A stretch of 64,000 nucleotides of DNA from Polyangia bacterium (GTDB lineage Bacteria; Myxococcota_A; Polyangia; Palsa-1104; JAEUJZ01), in the NCBI GenBank assembly GCA_046351595.1, contig JAXLYE010000002.1, positions 1,496,022-1,560,021 of the forward strand. Reading direction: 5' to 3'. Position 1 is the stretch's first letter. Each line of letters starts with the position of its first letter. The position numbers were made by a program, and so were the translations under genes. Shown here one piece after another: positions 11,431 through 23,887 of the stretch. A model generated the notes under the pieces. The model worked only from the letters and a program-made list of their open reading frames with translations, was not told the origin of the DNA and did no database searches.

Positions 11431-11988
11431 CTAGGGCACCGAGCCGTCGGCGCACAGCGACTCGGGGGCGCGGTCGTAGTGGGCGGTGATGAAGGCGCGC
11501 AGCGACGGCAGGTCGACGCAGTCGGCGCGGTAGATGTTCTGCCACGCGGCCGCCGCCACCGGCACGTCGAGCAGCGGGTCCGGCGTGAGGACAAGGCGGC
11601 TGCGCACCGGCGCCTGGCACGCCGGATCCTGGGGCCAGCTCTCGAGCAGGCCGCGCAGCGCCGCCACCGTGTCGGGGCAGCCGGCGTCGCAGCGGTACAA
11701 GAGCACCACGCCGCCGTGCTCCAGGTTGTGGACGTAGTTGCCGCGCGGCAGCGGCTGCGTGTGCTCGCCCCAGCGCCCCCAGACCGGGTAGTGCGGGCCC
11801 GAGGCCGGCGGGTTTGTGCCGTAGCTCACCGCGGTGCCGGTCGAGACGTGCAGCGCGCCCTCGTCAGCGGTGGCGCGGGTCTCGGTCGGGCACAGCGGCG
11901 GCTGCGGCGTCACCACGTCCGCGCCGCAGGCGGGTGCGGCCAGAGCGGCTCCGGCGAGCAGGAACAGGGCGGCCCAAAGGGTCCTCAT
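11431..11988 (-). CDS. Secreted protein with DUF3105-like domain (signal peptide)
   Basis: Start MRTLWAALFLLAGAALAAPACG preceded by AAGAGGT. HNLEHGGVVLLYRCD motif. The longer ORF N-terminus is an Arg-rich artefact. Confidence 0.6.
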   Translation of the reverse strand: MRTLWAALFLLAGAALAAPACGADVVTPQPPLCPTETRATADEGALHVSTGTAVSYGTNPPASGPHYPVWGRWGEHTQPLPRGNYVHNLEHGGVVLLYRCDAGCPDTVAALRGLLESWPQDPACQAPVRSRLVLTPDPLLDVPVAAAAWQNIYRADCVDLPSLRAFITAHYDRAPESLCADGSVP

Positions 11989-12017
11989 CGTGTACCTCTT
12001 CTGCTGGGGCCTCGGCG

Positions 12018-12893
12018 TCAGGGCTTGGGCTCGCGGCTGCGGCGCCGCATGAGCCCCTCCTGGCCGGTGGACGCGACCAGGCGGCCGTCGCGCGAGAAGA
12101 TGCTGCCGCGCACCAGCCCGCGCGCGCCCGACGCCGACGGGCTGTGGATCACGTGCAAGAGCCAGTCGTCCATGCGGAACGGCCGGTGGAACCACATGAC
12201 GTGATCGAGGCTGGCGACCTGCATGGCGGGGTCGATCCAGGTCGCGCGGTGCGGCCGCATCGCGGTGGTGATGAAGGAAAAGTCCGAGCAGTACGCCAGC
12301 AGGTAGCGGTGCACCGCCGGATCGTCGGGCAGCGTGCCGGCGGCGCGCACCCAGACCGCGTGATCGGGCTCGCCGCGCTCGGGCTGGAACGGGTCGACGG
12401 GGTCGACGGGGCGCAGCTCGATCGGGCGGTCGGCCAGGGCGCGCTTGCGCGCGGTTTCGGGCAGGCGCTGGGCGTAGCGCTCCCACAGCTCACGCTCGCT
12501 CGGCAGGCCGTCGGGGCCGGTGACGCTCGGCATGCCGTCGGCGTGCTCGTAGCCGGGCTCGTCGACCTGGAACGAGGCCGAGAAGTTGAAGATCGGCCGC
12601 CCGCCCTGCACCGCCACCACGCGCCGCGTCGAGAAGCTGCCGCCGTCGCGGATGCGGTCGACGTGGTAGACGATCGGCCGCCGCGCGTCGCCGGCGAGCA
12701 GGAAGTAGGCGTGCAGCGAGTGGACGGGGCGGTCGGGCGGCACCGTCTGCACCGCCGCCGACAGCGCCTGCCCCAGGACCTGGCCGCCGAAGACCTGGCC
12801 CCAGCCGAGGTCCTGGCTCTGGCCGCGGAACAGGTTCTCTTCGATTCGCTCCAGGGCCAGAAGCTCCACCAGCTCGGTCAGCACTCGTGTCAT
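12018..12893 (-). CDS. tesB: Acyl-CoA thioesterase II (TesB family)
   Basis: MTRVLTELVELLALERIEENLFRGQS.. is the double hot-dog TesB N-terminus, with the paired second domain (LHAYFLLAGD...). Confidence 0.8.
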   Translation of the reverse strand: MTRVLTELVELLALERIEENLFRGQSQDLGWGQVFGGQVLGQALSAAVQTVPPDRPVHSLHAYFLLAGDARRPIVYHVDRIRDGGSFSTRRVVAVQGGRPIFNFSASFQVDEPGYEHADGMPSVTGPDGLPSERELWERYAQRLPETARKRALADRPIELRPVDPVDPFQPERGEPDHAVWVRAAGTLPDDPAVHRYLLAYCSDFSFITTAMRPHRATWIDPAMQVASLDHVMWFHRPFRMDDWLLHVIHSPSASGARGLVRGSIFSRDGRLVASTGQEGLMRRRSREPKP

Positions 12894-13187
12894 GCGCGCT
12901 GTTGCTCCATGAAAGGGCAGCCATCTTAGCAGCACTTCGCCCGCGCTTTGGCCGCGGTCTGCGGCCGTGCCGGGCGGTCGCTCGGCGCCGGCCGGTCCGC
13001 GAGCGGCAGACCGTGCCGGGCGGCCGTCGCTGCGCGCCCAAGGAGCAAGATTCGGCAACACAGGGGCACGGTCCCGTGCCCCCTGCTGGCGCGTAGGAGC
13101 TCCTCCTCTTCTGCTTTCCTGGTACTTCCTGGGCCGCGCGCTCCCCGCGCGGGTTTTGTCACCGGACAGAGTCCGGTGCCCTGTGTA

Positions 13188-14651
13188 TCAGGTCCGGCGC
13201 GCGGCGCGCGAGCCCGAGGCCGGCGACTTCCGGGCGCGCGAGCTGCCGCCGCTGGTGCCGTTGCCGCTGGTGCCGCTGCCGCTACTGGGGCTGGCTTCGG
13301 GCGGGCTCGCGCCGGCTGGGGCCGCAGGCTCCTTGGCTGCGCCCGGCTTGTTCGCGGGGTCCTTGTCCGCGCTCCGATCAGGCGCAGGCGCAGGCGCAGG
13401 CGCGGCGCCGTGGCCGTTGCCGGAGCGCGCGCTGCGGCCGCTGCCGACTTCGGTGCCGTCGCCCGCGGGCGGCGCCGCCGCGCGCGTCTCGCTGCCGCCC
13501 TTGTCGCTGCCCTTGTCGCTGTCCTTGTCGCCGCCCTTGTCGCTGCCGCTCGGGGCCTTGGGGCTGGTCGCGGGCTGCGCGCGCGCGGCCTCGAGCTCGA
13601 TGGTCTCGTGCTGCGTGCCCTCGCCCTGCCAGGGGCGGCCGGTGAGCAGGCTCTTGGCCAGGCCCGCCAGCACCACCACCTTGCCGGCCGGCGCGTCCCA
13701 GTACTCGGCGCGCTCGACCTCGACGCGCAAGAGGCCGAGCTCGGCGTCGTCCAGGCCCTTTGGGAACCACGCCTTGATGTAAGGCGTCCACAGCTCCTCG
13801 GCGCGCTTGCGATCGCGCGACACCGGGATGACGCGCCCGCGCCCGGACACCGAGATGTAGCGGTTGATCTTGGGGTCGGCGTAGCTGACGTTGGTGTGCT
13901 GATCCTCGCCGAGCTCCTCGCTCTTGCCGGAGTGCACGGCGGTGAAGAACCACAGCGTGCCGTCGAACTTCTTCATCTGCGTCGCCATCGGCCGGCTGCG
14001 CAGGGTGCCGTCGGCCTCGCGCGTGGTCAGCATGGCGATGCGCACGTCCTTGATCAGCTCTCCGATCTTCGCGATCTGGTCGGTGCGGTGCGCGGCCTCG
14101 CGCGTCTGCGGATCGAGCTGGAACGCCTCGAGCATCTTCTTGCAGAACGCGGGCAGGTCCTTGGGGCTGCGGCTGGTGATGAGCCCGCGGTCGCAGACGA
14201 CCTCCTCGTCGACCCAATCGGCGCCGGCGTTCACAAGGTCGGTGCGGATGCTGGTCCACGAGGTCAGCCGCCGCCCCGACGCGACGCCGGCGTCGATCAG
14301 CGTCCAGGGGCCGTGGCAGATCGCGGCGACCGGCTTGCCGGCGTCGAAGAAGTGGCGGACGAAGTCGAGCGCGCGCGGATCCTGCCGCAGCGTGTCGGGG
14401 TTGACGACGCCACCGGGCAAGAGCAGCGCGACGTAGTCCTCGGGCCGGGCGCGACCGAGGCCGGCGTCGATCGGGAACTCGTCGCCCTTGTCGGTGTGGT
14501 GGAAGCCGCGCACGGTGGTGCCGGTCGCGGGCGAGAGGATCTCGGGCACGAAGCCGACGTCGCGCAGCGCCTTGCGCGGCACCTCCAGCTCGACCTGCTC
14601 GAAGCCGTCGGCGACCAGGATCGCCACCTTGCCCTTGTGCTGTGATGTCAT
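13188..14651 (-). CDS. Fusion protein: DJ-1/PfpI-family domain + general-stress-protein-26/PNPOx-like FMN-binding split-barrel domain + C-terminal Gly/Ser/Pro/Asp-Lys low-complexity tail
   Basis: N-terminal KVAILVADGFEQVEL...AAICHGPW has the DJ-1/PfpI Cys-His motif. Middle region IAMLTTREADGTLRSRPM...YISVSGRGRV...EELW is GSP26/Pyridox_oxidase-like. Tail contains SDKGGDKDSDKGSDKGG. Confidence 0.75.
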   Translation of the reverse strand: MTSQHKGKVAILVADGFEQVELEVPRKALRDVGFVPEILSPATGTTVRGFHHTDKGDEFPIDAGLGRARPEDYVALLLPGGVVNPDTLRQDPRALDFVRHFFDAGKPVAAICHGPWTLIDAGVASGRRLTSWTSIRTDLVNAGADWVDEEVVCDRGLITSRSPKDLPAFCKKMLEAFQLDPQTREAAHRTDQIAKIGELIKDVRIAMLTTREADGTLRSRPMATQMKKFDGTLWFFTAVHSGKSEELGEDQHTNVSYADPKINRYISVSGRGRVIPVSRDRKRAEELWTPYIKAWFPKGLDDAELGLLRVEVERAEYWDAPAGKVVVLAGLAKSLLTGRPWQGEGTQHETIELEAARAQPATSPKAPSGSDKGGDKDSDKGSDKGGSETRAAAPPAGDGTEVGSGRSARSGNGHGAAPAPAPAPDRSADKDPANKPGAAKEPAAPAGASPPEASPSSGSGTSGNGTSGGSSRARKSPASGSRAARRT

Positions 14652-14750
14652 GGGAGGTCCTTTCCGAAGGGGTCTCTTGTCTCTGAAGCCGGGGATCGTC
14701 CGTCGGGAACGTCGCAGCGGACGGGCTCGGGCGCGCCGCCACGCTCGGCG

Positions 14751-15761
14751 CTACGTGGCGGGGCTGCCGGCGGGCGCGGGCACGATGGGGCGGCCAGCGG
14801 GCGGGCTCGCGGGCCCGGACTTGCCCGACCGCTCGTTCTGGACCTGCGCGCCGGTGCGCCCGTCCTCGGCGGCGATCTCGGCGCACGAGCGGACGTGCGA
14901 GCCGTAGCGCTCCGCGTAGTTCTGCGTGAACTCCGCCCCGAACAAGAGGATCTGCGCGGAGTAGTAGACCCAGCTGAGGATCGCGACGAGCGAGCCGGCG
15001 GCGCCGAACGTCGACGAGAAGCTGGAGAGCCCGAGGTACAGGCCGATGAGGTACTTGCCCAGCGTGAACAGCGCCGCGGTCAGCAGGGCGCCGATCCAGA
15101 CGTCCTTCCACGCCACCTCGGCGTCGGGGAGGATCTTGTACATCATGGCCAAAAGCGCCGTCGTCACCGCGAACGAGAAGAGCTGGTTGCCGAGCTGCAG
15201 CAGCACCGCGGAGAAGGGCAGCACCGTGAGGTAGTGGCTGACCGCGGAGACCACGGCGCTGAGCACCAGCGTCGCCAAGAGCAGCAGGCCCATGCCGAGC
15301 ACGAAGGCGAAGGACAAAAGGCGCGAGCGCAGAAGCGTCCACACCGTGTGGCCCGGCCGCGGCTGCGCGCCCCAGACGGTGTTGAGCGAGTCCTGGAGCT
15401 CGACGAAGACGCCGGTGGAGCCGATGAGCAGGGTGATGACGCCGATGATCGAGGCGAGGATGCCGGAGGCCGGCTTGCTCGCGCCGATCAGCATGGCCTC
15501 GACGGCCTTGCCCGGGACGTCGCCGAGGATGCGGCTGAGCTGCGCGGTGAGCTGGCCCTGCGCCGCGTCGCGACCGAACAGCAGCCCGGCCACGGACACG
15601 GCGATGACCAACAGCGGCGCGATCGAGAAGACGGTGTAGAAGGCGAGGGCGGCCCCCAGGCGCGGCGCCTTGGCGTCGAGCCAGCCGTTGACGGTGGCGT
15701 AAAGGAGCTCCCAGATCTTGCGCAGGATGCCGACCAGGCGCGAGCCGGTGTGCGTCTCCAT
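14751..15761 (-). CDS. YihY/BrkB (virulence factor BrkB / RNase BN-like) family inner-membrane protein
   Basis: Start METHTGSRLVGILRKIWELLYATVNGWLDAKAPRLGAALAFYTVFSIAPLL is the canonical YihY N-terminus. Six TM helices. Confidence 0.8.
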   Translation of the reverse strand: METHTGSRLVGILRKIWELLYATVNGWLDAKAPRLGAALAFYTVFSIAPLLVIAVSVAGLLFGRDAAQGQLTAQLSRILGDVPGKAVEAMLIGASKPASGILASIIGVITLLIGSTGVFVELQDSLNTVWGAQPRPGHTVWTLLRSRLLSFAFVLGMGLLLLATLVLSAVVSAVSHYLTVLPFSAVLLQLGNQLFSFAVTTALLAMMYKILPDAEVAWKDVWIGALLTAALFTLGKYLIGLYLGLSSFSSTFGAAGSLVAILSWVYYSAQILLFGAEFTQNYAERYGSHVRSCAEIAAEDGRTGAQVQNERSGKSGPASPPAGRPIVPAPAGSPAT

Positions 15762-15867
15762 GCTCTCGAGCTTGAAAGGTGCGGGCCGGTTCGCAACCTC
15801 ACAAATGCGGCGGAGCTGCCGTCGAGGAATGAGCTGCGCTGTGCTCGGGGGAGCCCTGACGGAGTCC

Positions 15868-15950
15868 GGATGAGGAGGAAGGAGGAGCGGAGCAAGAGAG
15901 GAGCGGAGCAAGAGAGGAGCGGAAGGAGGAAGCGCGGAGGAAGCGAGCGG
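15868..15950. repeat. GA-rich (minus-strand CT-rich) tract with 16-bp tandem unit gagcggagcaagagag x2 plus degenerate copies
   Basis: ggaggaaggaggagcggagcaagagaggagcggagcaagagaggagcggaaggaggaagcgcggaggaagcgagcgg lies between the lipoprotein stop and the YihY start. Confidence 0.45.
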
Positions 15951-15951
15951 G

Positions 15952-16992
15952 TTACGGGCGGTAGCCGACGCCCTGCAGCATGCTCGCGGCGGGGGCGGTG
16001 TTGGTCTGGCCGGTGCACGTGCCGTCGAACGCGGCGGTCGGCGCCGACAGCCAGTTGCCCGTCGAGGTCAGGGTGCCGCCGGTGCTGCAGACGCCGAAGT
16101 GCGCGGTCTTGTCGGTGACCAGGTTGCTGTTCGAGAACTTCACGCCCTTGGTGCTGTAGAGCATCAGGCCGTAGAAGTTGTCGTGGATGTACGAGTTGGT
16201 CACGTTGATGCCGGTGCCGGAGTTGAAGTGGAAGGCGCAGTGGCAGCCGGTGATCTCGACGTGATCGAACTGCGGGCTGGCGGCGGCGCCGGTGACGGTG
16301 ATGTGGTCCTGGCCGGAGTTGCCCTGGTCGACGAGCAGATCGGTGAAGGTCGGCGAGCTGTCGCTGATGTCGATGGGCGAGCCGCTCTGGCTGGTGCCGA
16401 GCGCGTGGATGACGGTCTTGGTGATGGTGGCGCTCGTGCGCAGGATGAGCGCCTTGCTGCTCATCTCGATGAGCGCGTGGTCGAGGGTGAGGGTGCTGCC
16501 GGCGAGCGCCTGGACGGCCTGGCTGGCGTGGCGGATCTCGACGTAGGCGAGGCTGGCGCTGCCGCCGCTGGCGACGGCGATGCTGCCCCAGGTGCCGGCG
16601 GTGGCGGCGTCCTTGCCCTGGAAGACGATCTTCGACTGCGCGGTGCCGGTGGCGCTGAGCGTGCCGCGCACGGTCAGCGACTTGTTGGTCGCGAACTTGA
16701 CGACGGTGCCGGGGGAGAGGGTCAGCGTCGCGCCGGCGGCCAGGGTGACGTCGTCGGTGATGTTGACGATGCCCGAGACGGTCTGGCTCATCGTCAGCGT
16801 GCCGGCGAGCGACGTCTCCATCGGCGTCGGGTTGGGGTTCGGGTTGGGGTTCGGATTGGGGTTCGGGTTGGGATCCTGGGTGACGGGACCCGGGCCCGTC
16901 ATCGTCGTATCGCCGCCGCAGCCGGCGGTGGCGAGGGTCGAGACCGAGAGGCCGAGCACAAGGCACAGGCTAAAGAACTTCATCCGCTTCAT
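15952..16992 (-). CDS. Lipoprotein with right-handed parallel beta-helix (pectate-lyase-like) domain and (PN)8 linker
   Basis: Start MKRMKFFSLCLVLGLSVSTLATAGC with an LATAGC lipobox, preceded by AAGGAG. DPNPNPNPNPNPNPNP linker. Gly/Thr/Ser-rich beta-helix repeats (TLT.., NSNLVTD..). Confidence 0.7.
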   Translation of the reverse strand: MKRMKFFSLCLVLGLSVSTLATAGCGGDTTMTGPGPVTQDPNPNPNPNPNPNPNPTPMETSLAGTLTMSQTVSGIVNITDDVTLAAGATLTLSPGTVVKFATNKSLTVRGTLSATGTAQSKIVFQGKDAATAGTWGSIAVASGGSASLAYVEIRHASQAVQALAGSTLTLDHALIEMSSKALILRTSATITKTVIHALGTSQSGSPIDISDSSPTFTDLLVDQGNSGQDHITVTGAAASPQFDHVEITGCHCAFHFNSGTGINVTNSYIHDNFYGLMLYSTKGVKFSNSNLVTDKTAHFGVCSTGGTLTSTGNWLSAPTAAFDGTCTGQTNTAPAASMLQGVGYRP

Positions 16993-17328
16993 AGGGGTGT
17001 ACTCCTTGCCGCACGAGTGGGAGGTCGGGGCCGCGCGCTGCGGGGCGGACCTCCGCCGAGGACCGGGATCGAGCGGCCTGATCGTATCCGATTTGCCGTC
17101 GCCAGGGGTGCCGGCGCGGGCGGCATCGGCTAGGCCAGGGAACTCGCTGGCAAGTTGCCGGCCGGCGTGGCTGTACGGGGTGCCAGAGTGTGTGTGCCGG
17201 AGCCGGGTCCGGAGCGTGTGACGGAGCGCGCTTGACGGCGCTTGCCGCGGTGGGATTAGCTGCCGCCCACACGCCGAGACAAGACGGCACACTCGTCCGG
17301 TAGACGTAGACAAGGACACCAGATACCC

Positions 17329-17682
17329 ATGGACTTCCTCTTTCTCGAAGGCCTCGAGGTCCCGTGCCGGGTCGGCTGCACGCCGCCCGAGCGCATGACG
17401 CCGCAGTCGCTGCGGTGCGACGTCCGGCTGTACTGCGGCTCGCTGCAGCGCGCCGGCCAGACCGACGATCTGGAGGCTACGATCGACTACCGCATCGCCA
17501 CCGACATGATCGCGGCGGTGCAGAAGAACGAGTTCCTGCTGATCGAGCGTGTCGCCGAGGTGATGGCCGCCGTGGCGCTGGCGCACCCGCTGGTCGACGA
17601 GGTGCAGGTGACCGTGCGCAAGCGGCCGCCGGTGCAGGGCCTGGAGATCGCGGGCGTGCAGATCACCCGCAGCCGCGCATGA
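17329..17682 (+). CDS. folB: 7,8-Dihydroneopterin aldolase (FolB family)
   Basis: 117 aa. MDFLFLEGLEVPCRVGCTPPER...DYRIATDMIAAVQKNEFLLIERVAE matches the FolB pattern. Confidence 0.7.
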   Translation: MDFLFLEGLEVPCRVGCTPPERMTPQSLRCDVRLYCGSLQRAGQTDDLEATIDYRIATDMIAAVQKNEFLLIERVAEVMAAVALAHPLVDEVQVTVRKRPPVQGLEIAGVQITRSRA

Positions 17683-18353
17683 AGGTCGTAAGCAATACGG
17701 CCATCTCGCTCGACGGCCGGATCAATACGCGCGAGGGGCGCTTCACCACCCTGGGCTCGGCGAAGGATCACGCTCGCATGAGCCTTCTGCGCAGCCAGGC
17801 CGACGCGGTGCTGGTCGGCGGCGGCACCTTCCGCAACTGGCCGCACCCGTCGCTGCCGGGCGACGAGCAGCTGCAGCCGGGGGCGGCGCCGATGTGGAAC
17901 GTGATCATTAGCCGCGGCCTCAACGTGCCGCTGTCCGAGACGTTCCTCGGCGAGCCGCGGATCCGGCCGCTGCTGCTCGTGCCGCGCGCGGCGCTGCCGC
18001 CGGGCTTTGTGGCGCCCGCCCGCCTCGAGGTCGAGACCTATGACCCGCCCGACGGGGCCGAGCCGGGCTCGCTGCCGGTGCCGTGGATCGTGCGCACGCT
18101 GGCGGCCCGCGGCATCTCGAACCTGCTGGTCGAAGCGGGCGGCGACCTGCTGTTCCAGTTCCTGGCAGCGGACGCGCTCGATGAGCTCAACGTGACCCTG
18201 TGCCCGCTCGTCATCGGCGGCGACACGCCGTCGCTGGCGGACGGGCCGGGCTTCCTGTTCCGCGAGATGCGCCGGCTCGCGCTGATCAGCGCCGAGATCG
18301 AGGGCGACGAGATCTTCCTGCGCTACCGCGTGCGGCGCGGCGACGCGGGCTGA
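17679..18353 (+). CDS. RibD C-terminal-domain / dihydrofolate-reductase-like reductase
   Basis: Start MKVVSNTAISLDGRINTREG overlaps the folB stop as ATGA. LVGGGTFRNW, and a C-terminal NVTLCPLVIGGDTPSL typical of bacterial bifunctional deaminase-reductase C-terminal domains. Confidence 0.7.
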   Translation: MKVVSNTAISLDGRINTREGRFTTLGSAKDHARMSLLRSQADAVLVGGGTFRNWPHPSLPGDEQLQPGAAPMWNVIISRGLNVPLSETFLGEPRIRPLLLVPRAALPPGFVAPARLEVETYDPPDGAEPGSLPVPWIVRTLAARGISNLLVEAGGDLLFQFLAADALDELNVTLCPLVIGGDTPSLADGPGFLFREMRRLALISAEIEGDEIFLRYRVRRGDAG

Positions 18354-18377
18354 GCCCCGGCGAGCCGACAGGCAGCG

Positions 18378-18767
18378 ATGTACGAGCTTACGATCGAGCG
18401 CTTCCTCCACGTCGCGCACGCGCTGCGCCTGCACGACGGCGAGCTCGAGCCCATGCACAGCCACAGGTGGCAGGTGCTGGTGCAGGTCTCGGCCGAGCGG
18501 CTCGACGCGATCGGCGTCGTCATGGACTTCAACGAGCTCGATCGGCTCGTCGCCGGGACGCTCGCCGAGTTCGAGGGCCAGGTGCTGAACCAGCTGCCCG
18601 CCTTCGCGAGCGAGAGCTGCTCGAGCGAGCGCATGGCCGAGCTGATCTACCGCCGGCTCCAGCCCAAGCTGCCGTCGGTGGTGCAGCTCGACTGCGTGAC
18701 CCTTTTGCGCGACGAGGCGATCCGCGCCCGCTTCAGCTACCGCCGCGCACCGCCGCGTATCCCGTGA
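18378..18767 (+). CDS. queD: 6-Pyruvoyl-tetrahydropterin synthase / 6-carboxy-tetrahydropterin synthase (PTPS/QueD family)
   Basis: MYELTIERFLHVAHAL...HSHRW carries the PTPS His motifs. 129 aa. Confidence 0.75.
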   Translation: MYELTIERFLHVAHALRLHDGELEPMHSHRWQVLVQVSAERLDAIGVVMDFNELDRLVAGTLAEFEGQVLNQLPAFASESCSSERMAELIYRRLQPKLPSVVQLDCVTLLRDEAIRARFSYRRAPPRIP

Positions 18768-18776
18768 GCTTCGGGA

Positions 18777-22625
<3,849 letters not shown>

Positions 22626-22701
22626 GGCGAGGGTTTTTACGTCACAAGCGTCGCCGCGCAAAGTCCCTATCGCGCGCCCACACCGGTGCTACAGTCGGGC
22701 C

Positions 22702-23067
22702 GTGACGCGCTGGAAGTGCCGCAAGTGCTCGTACGTCTATGACCCCGTGCGCGGCGATCCCGACGGTGGGATCGCACCGGGCACGCCGTTTGCGCGCATC
22801 CCCGACAGCTGGCGCTGCCCGGTGTGCGGTGCCACCAAGGCCGACTTCTACGAGCTGGCCGTGCCGGGGCAGGCCGCGCGTCCCGGCGCCGCGCCCGGGC
22901 CTGCTGCCGCCCCGCAGGGGCCTGCTGCCGTGCCGCCGGGTCCGGGCCCGCTGCCTGTGTCGACGCCGGCCGAGCGCCGCGCCGCCGGCGAGGCGGATCC
23001 GCGCGACGCCCCGCCCGCGCGCCCGCAGCTCTACTGGACCGTCGGCCCGCTCAAGGGCCGGCGCTGA
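22702..23067 (+). CDS. Rubredoxin-domain protein with Pro/Ala-rich C-terminal tail
   Basis: [48 protein letters not shown] is a rubredoxin fold with CxxC...CPxCG. Putative GTG start. The upstream part of the ORF is antisense to mfd. Confidence 0.55.
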   Translation: MTRWKCRKCSYVYDPVRGDPDGGIAPGTPFARIPDSWRCPVCGATKADFYELAVPGQAARPGAAPGPAAAPQGPAAVPPGPGPLPVSTPAERRAAGEADPRDAPPARPQLYWTVGPLKGRR

Positions 23068-23106
23068 GCGCCCCGCCCGAGCGGAGCGCCGCGCCCTTCC
23101 TTCTTC

Positions 23107-23721
23107 CTACTGCGAGCGGCCGCCGATCGACGCCAGGATCTTCTGGATCGCGTCGCGCGCCGCATCGATCTCGGCCTCGTAGCCGCCGAGCCACAGGCGG
23201 CCGACCGCGCCGAAGGTGATGACCTCAAGGAGGTGCACCTCCGCCGCCTTCTCGGCCTCGTTCGCCGCGATCGCCGCGTAGCCGGCCGGCGCCAGCTCCA
23301 GCGTATACAGCGTCTGCTTCTCGCCGATCATGTCGCCGTGGCGGAAGCGGTTGATGAGCTGCGAGTGGTAGCCCTCGATGCCGTTGATGATCTCCTCGGA
23401 CAGGATCTTCGGCTTGAGGCGCGCGCCCTCGTCGACGCCCATCTTCTCGAGGATGGCGGCGCCGGCCGAGCGCACCTCGCCCTGATCGAACGAGTGGACC
23501 TCGAGCAGGCCGTAGGCGCGCTCGACGATCTGCATGCCCGGGATGACCCGCGTGGCCTTGAGCGCCGTATCGGTGATCTGGTTGATGGCGATGCCCGGCG
23601 CGATCTCGACGAGCAGCGCCGCCTGCCGCTCCAGCGGCAAGAAGCCCTGCGCGACCGTCTGCAGAAAGCCGGTGAGCTGCGGCTGCAAGATGTCGAGGTA
23701 GCTGAAGGTGCGGAGTTCCAT
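23107..23721 (-). CDS. Tandem BMC-domain (BMC-T-like) bacterial microcompartment shell-protein homolog
   Basis: Two ~95-aa internal repeats. Each has the BMC pattern h-E-h...(D/N)xALKAxxVxL..G....GdvxxVxxA ([26 protein letters not shown]; [27 protein letters not shown]...[14 protein letters not shown]). 204 aa matches BMC-T size. Confidence 0.5.
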   Translation of the reverse strand: MELRTFSYLDILQPQLTGFLQTVAQGFLPLERQAALLVEIAPGIAINQITDTALKATRVIPGMQIVERAYGLLEVHSFDQGEVRSAGAAILEKMGVDEGARLKPKILSEEIINGIEGYHSQLINRFRHGDMIGEKQTLYTLELAPAGYAAIAANEAEKAAEVHLLEVITFGAVGRLWLGGYEAEIDAARDAIQKILASIGGRSQ

Positions 23722-23887
23722 GGTTCGCGCCGAAGAGTTCTTGTGGGTGGCCGGGGTGGCGGTGCCAACGTGGCAGTAAACGAGCGGCGGGTTCCGTCGA
23801 GGCGGCGCCCTGCCGGTCGCGAGGGCCGCACCCTAGCACAAGCGCCGCGTGCCGCTCAACGCGCCTGCAGCGGCGTATTTTTTCGGC

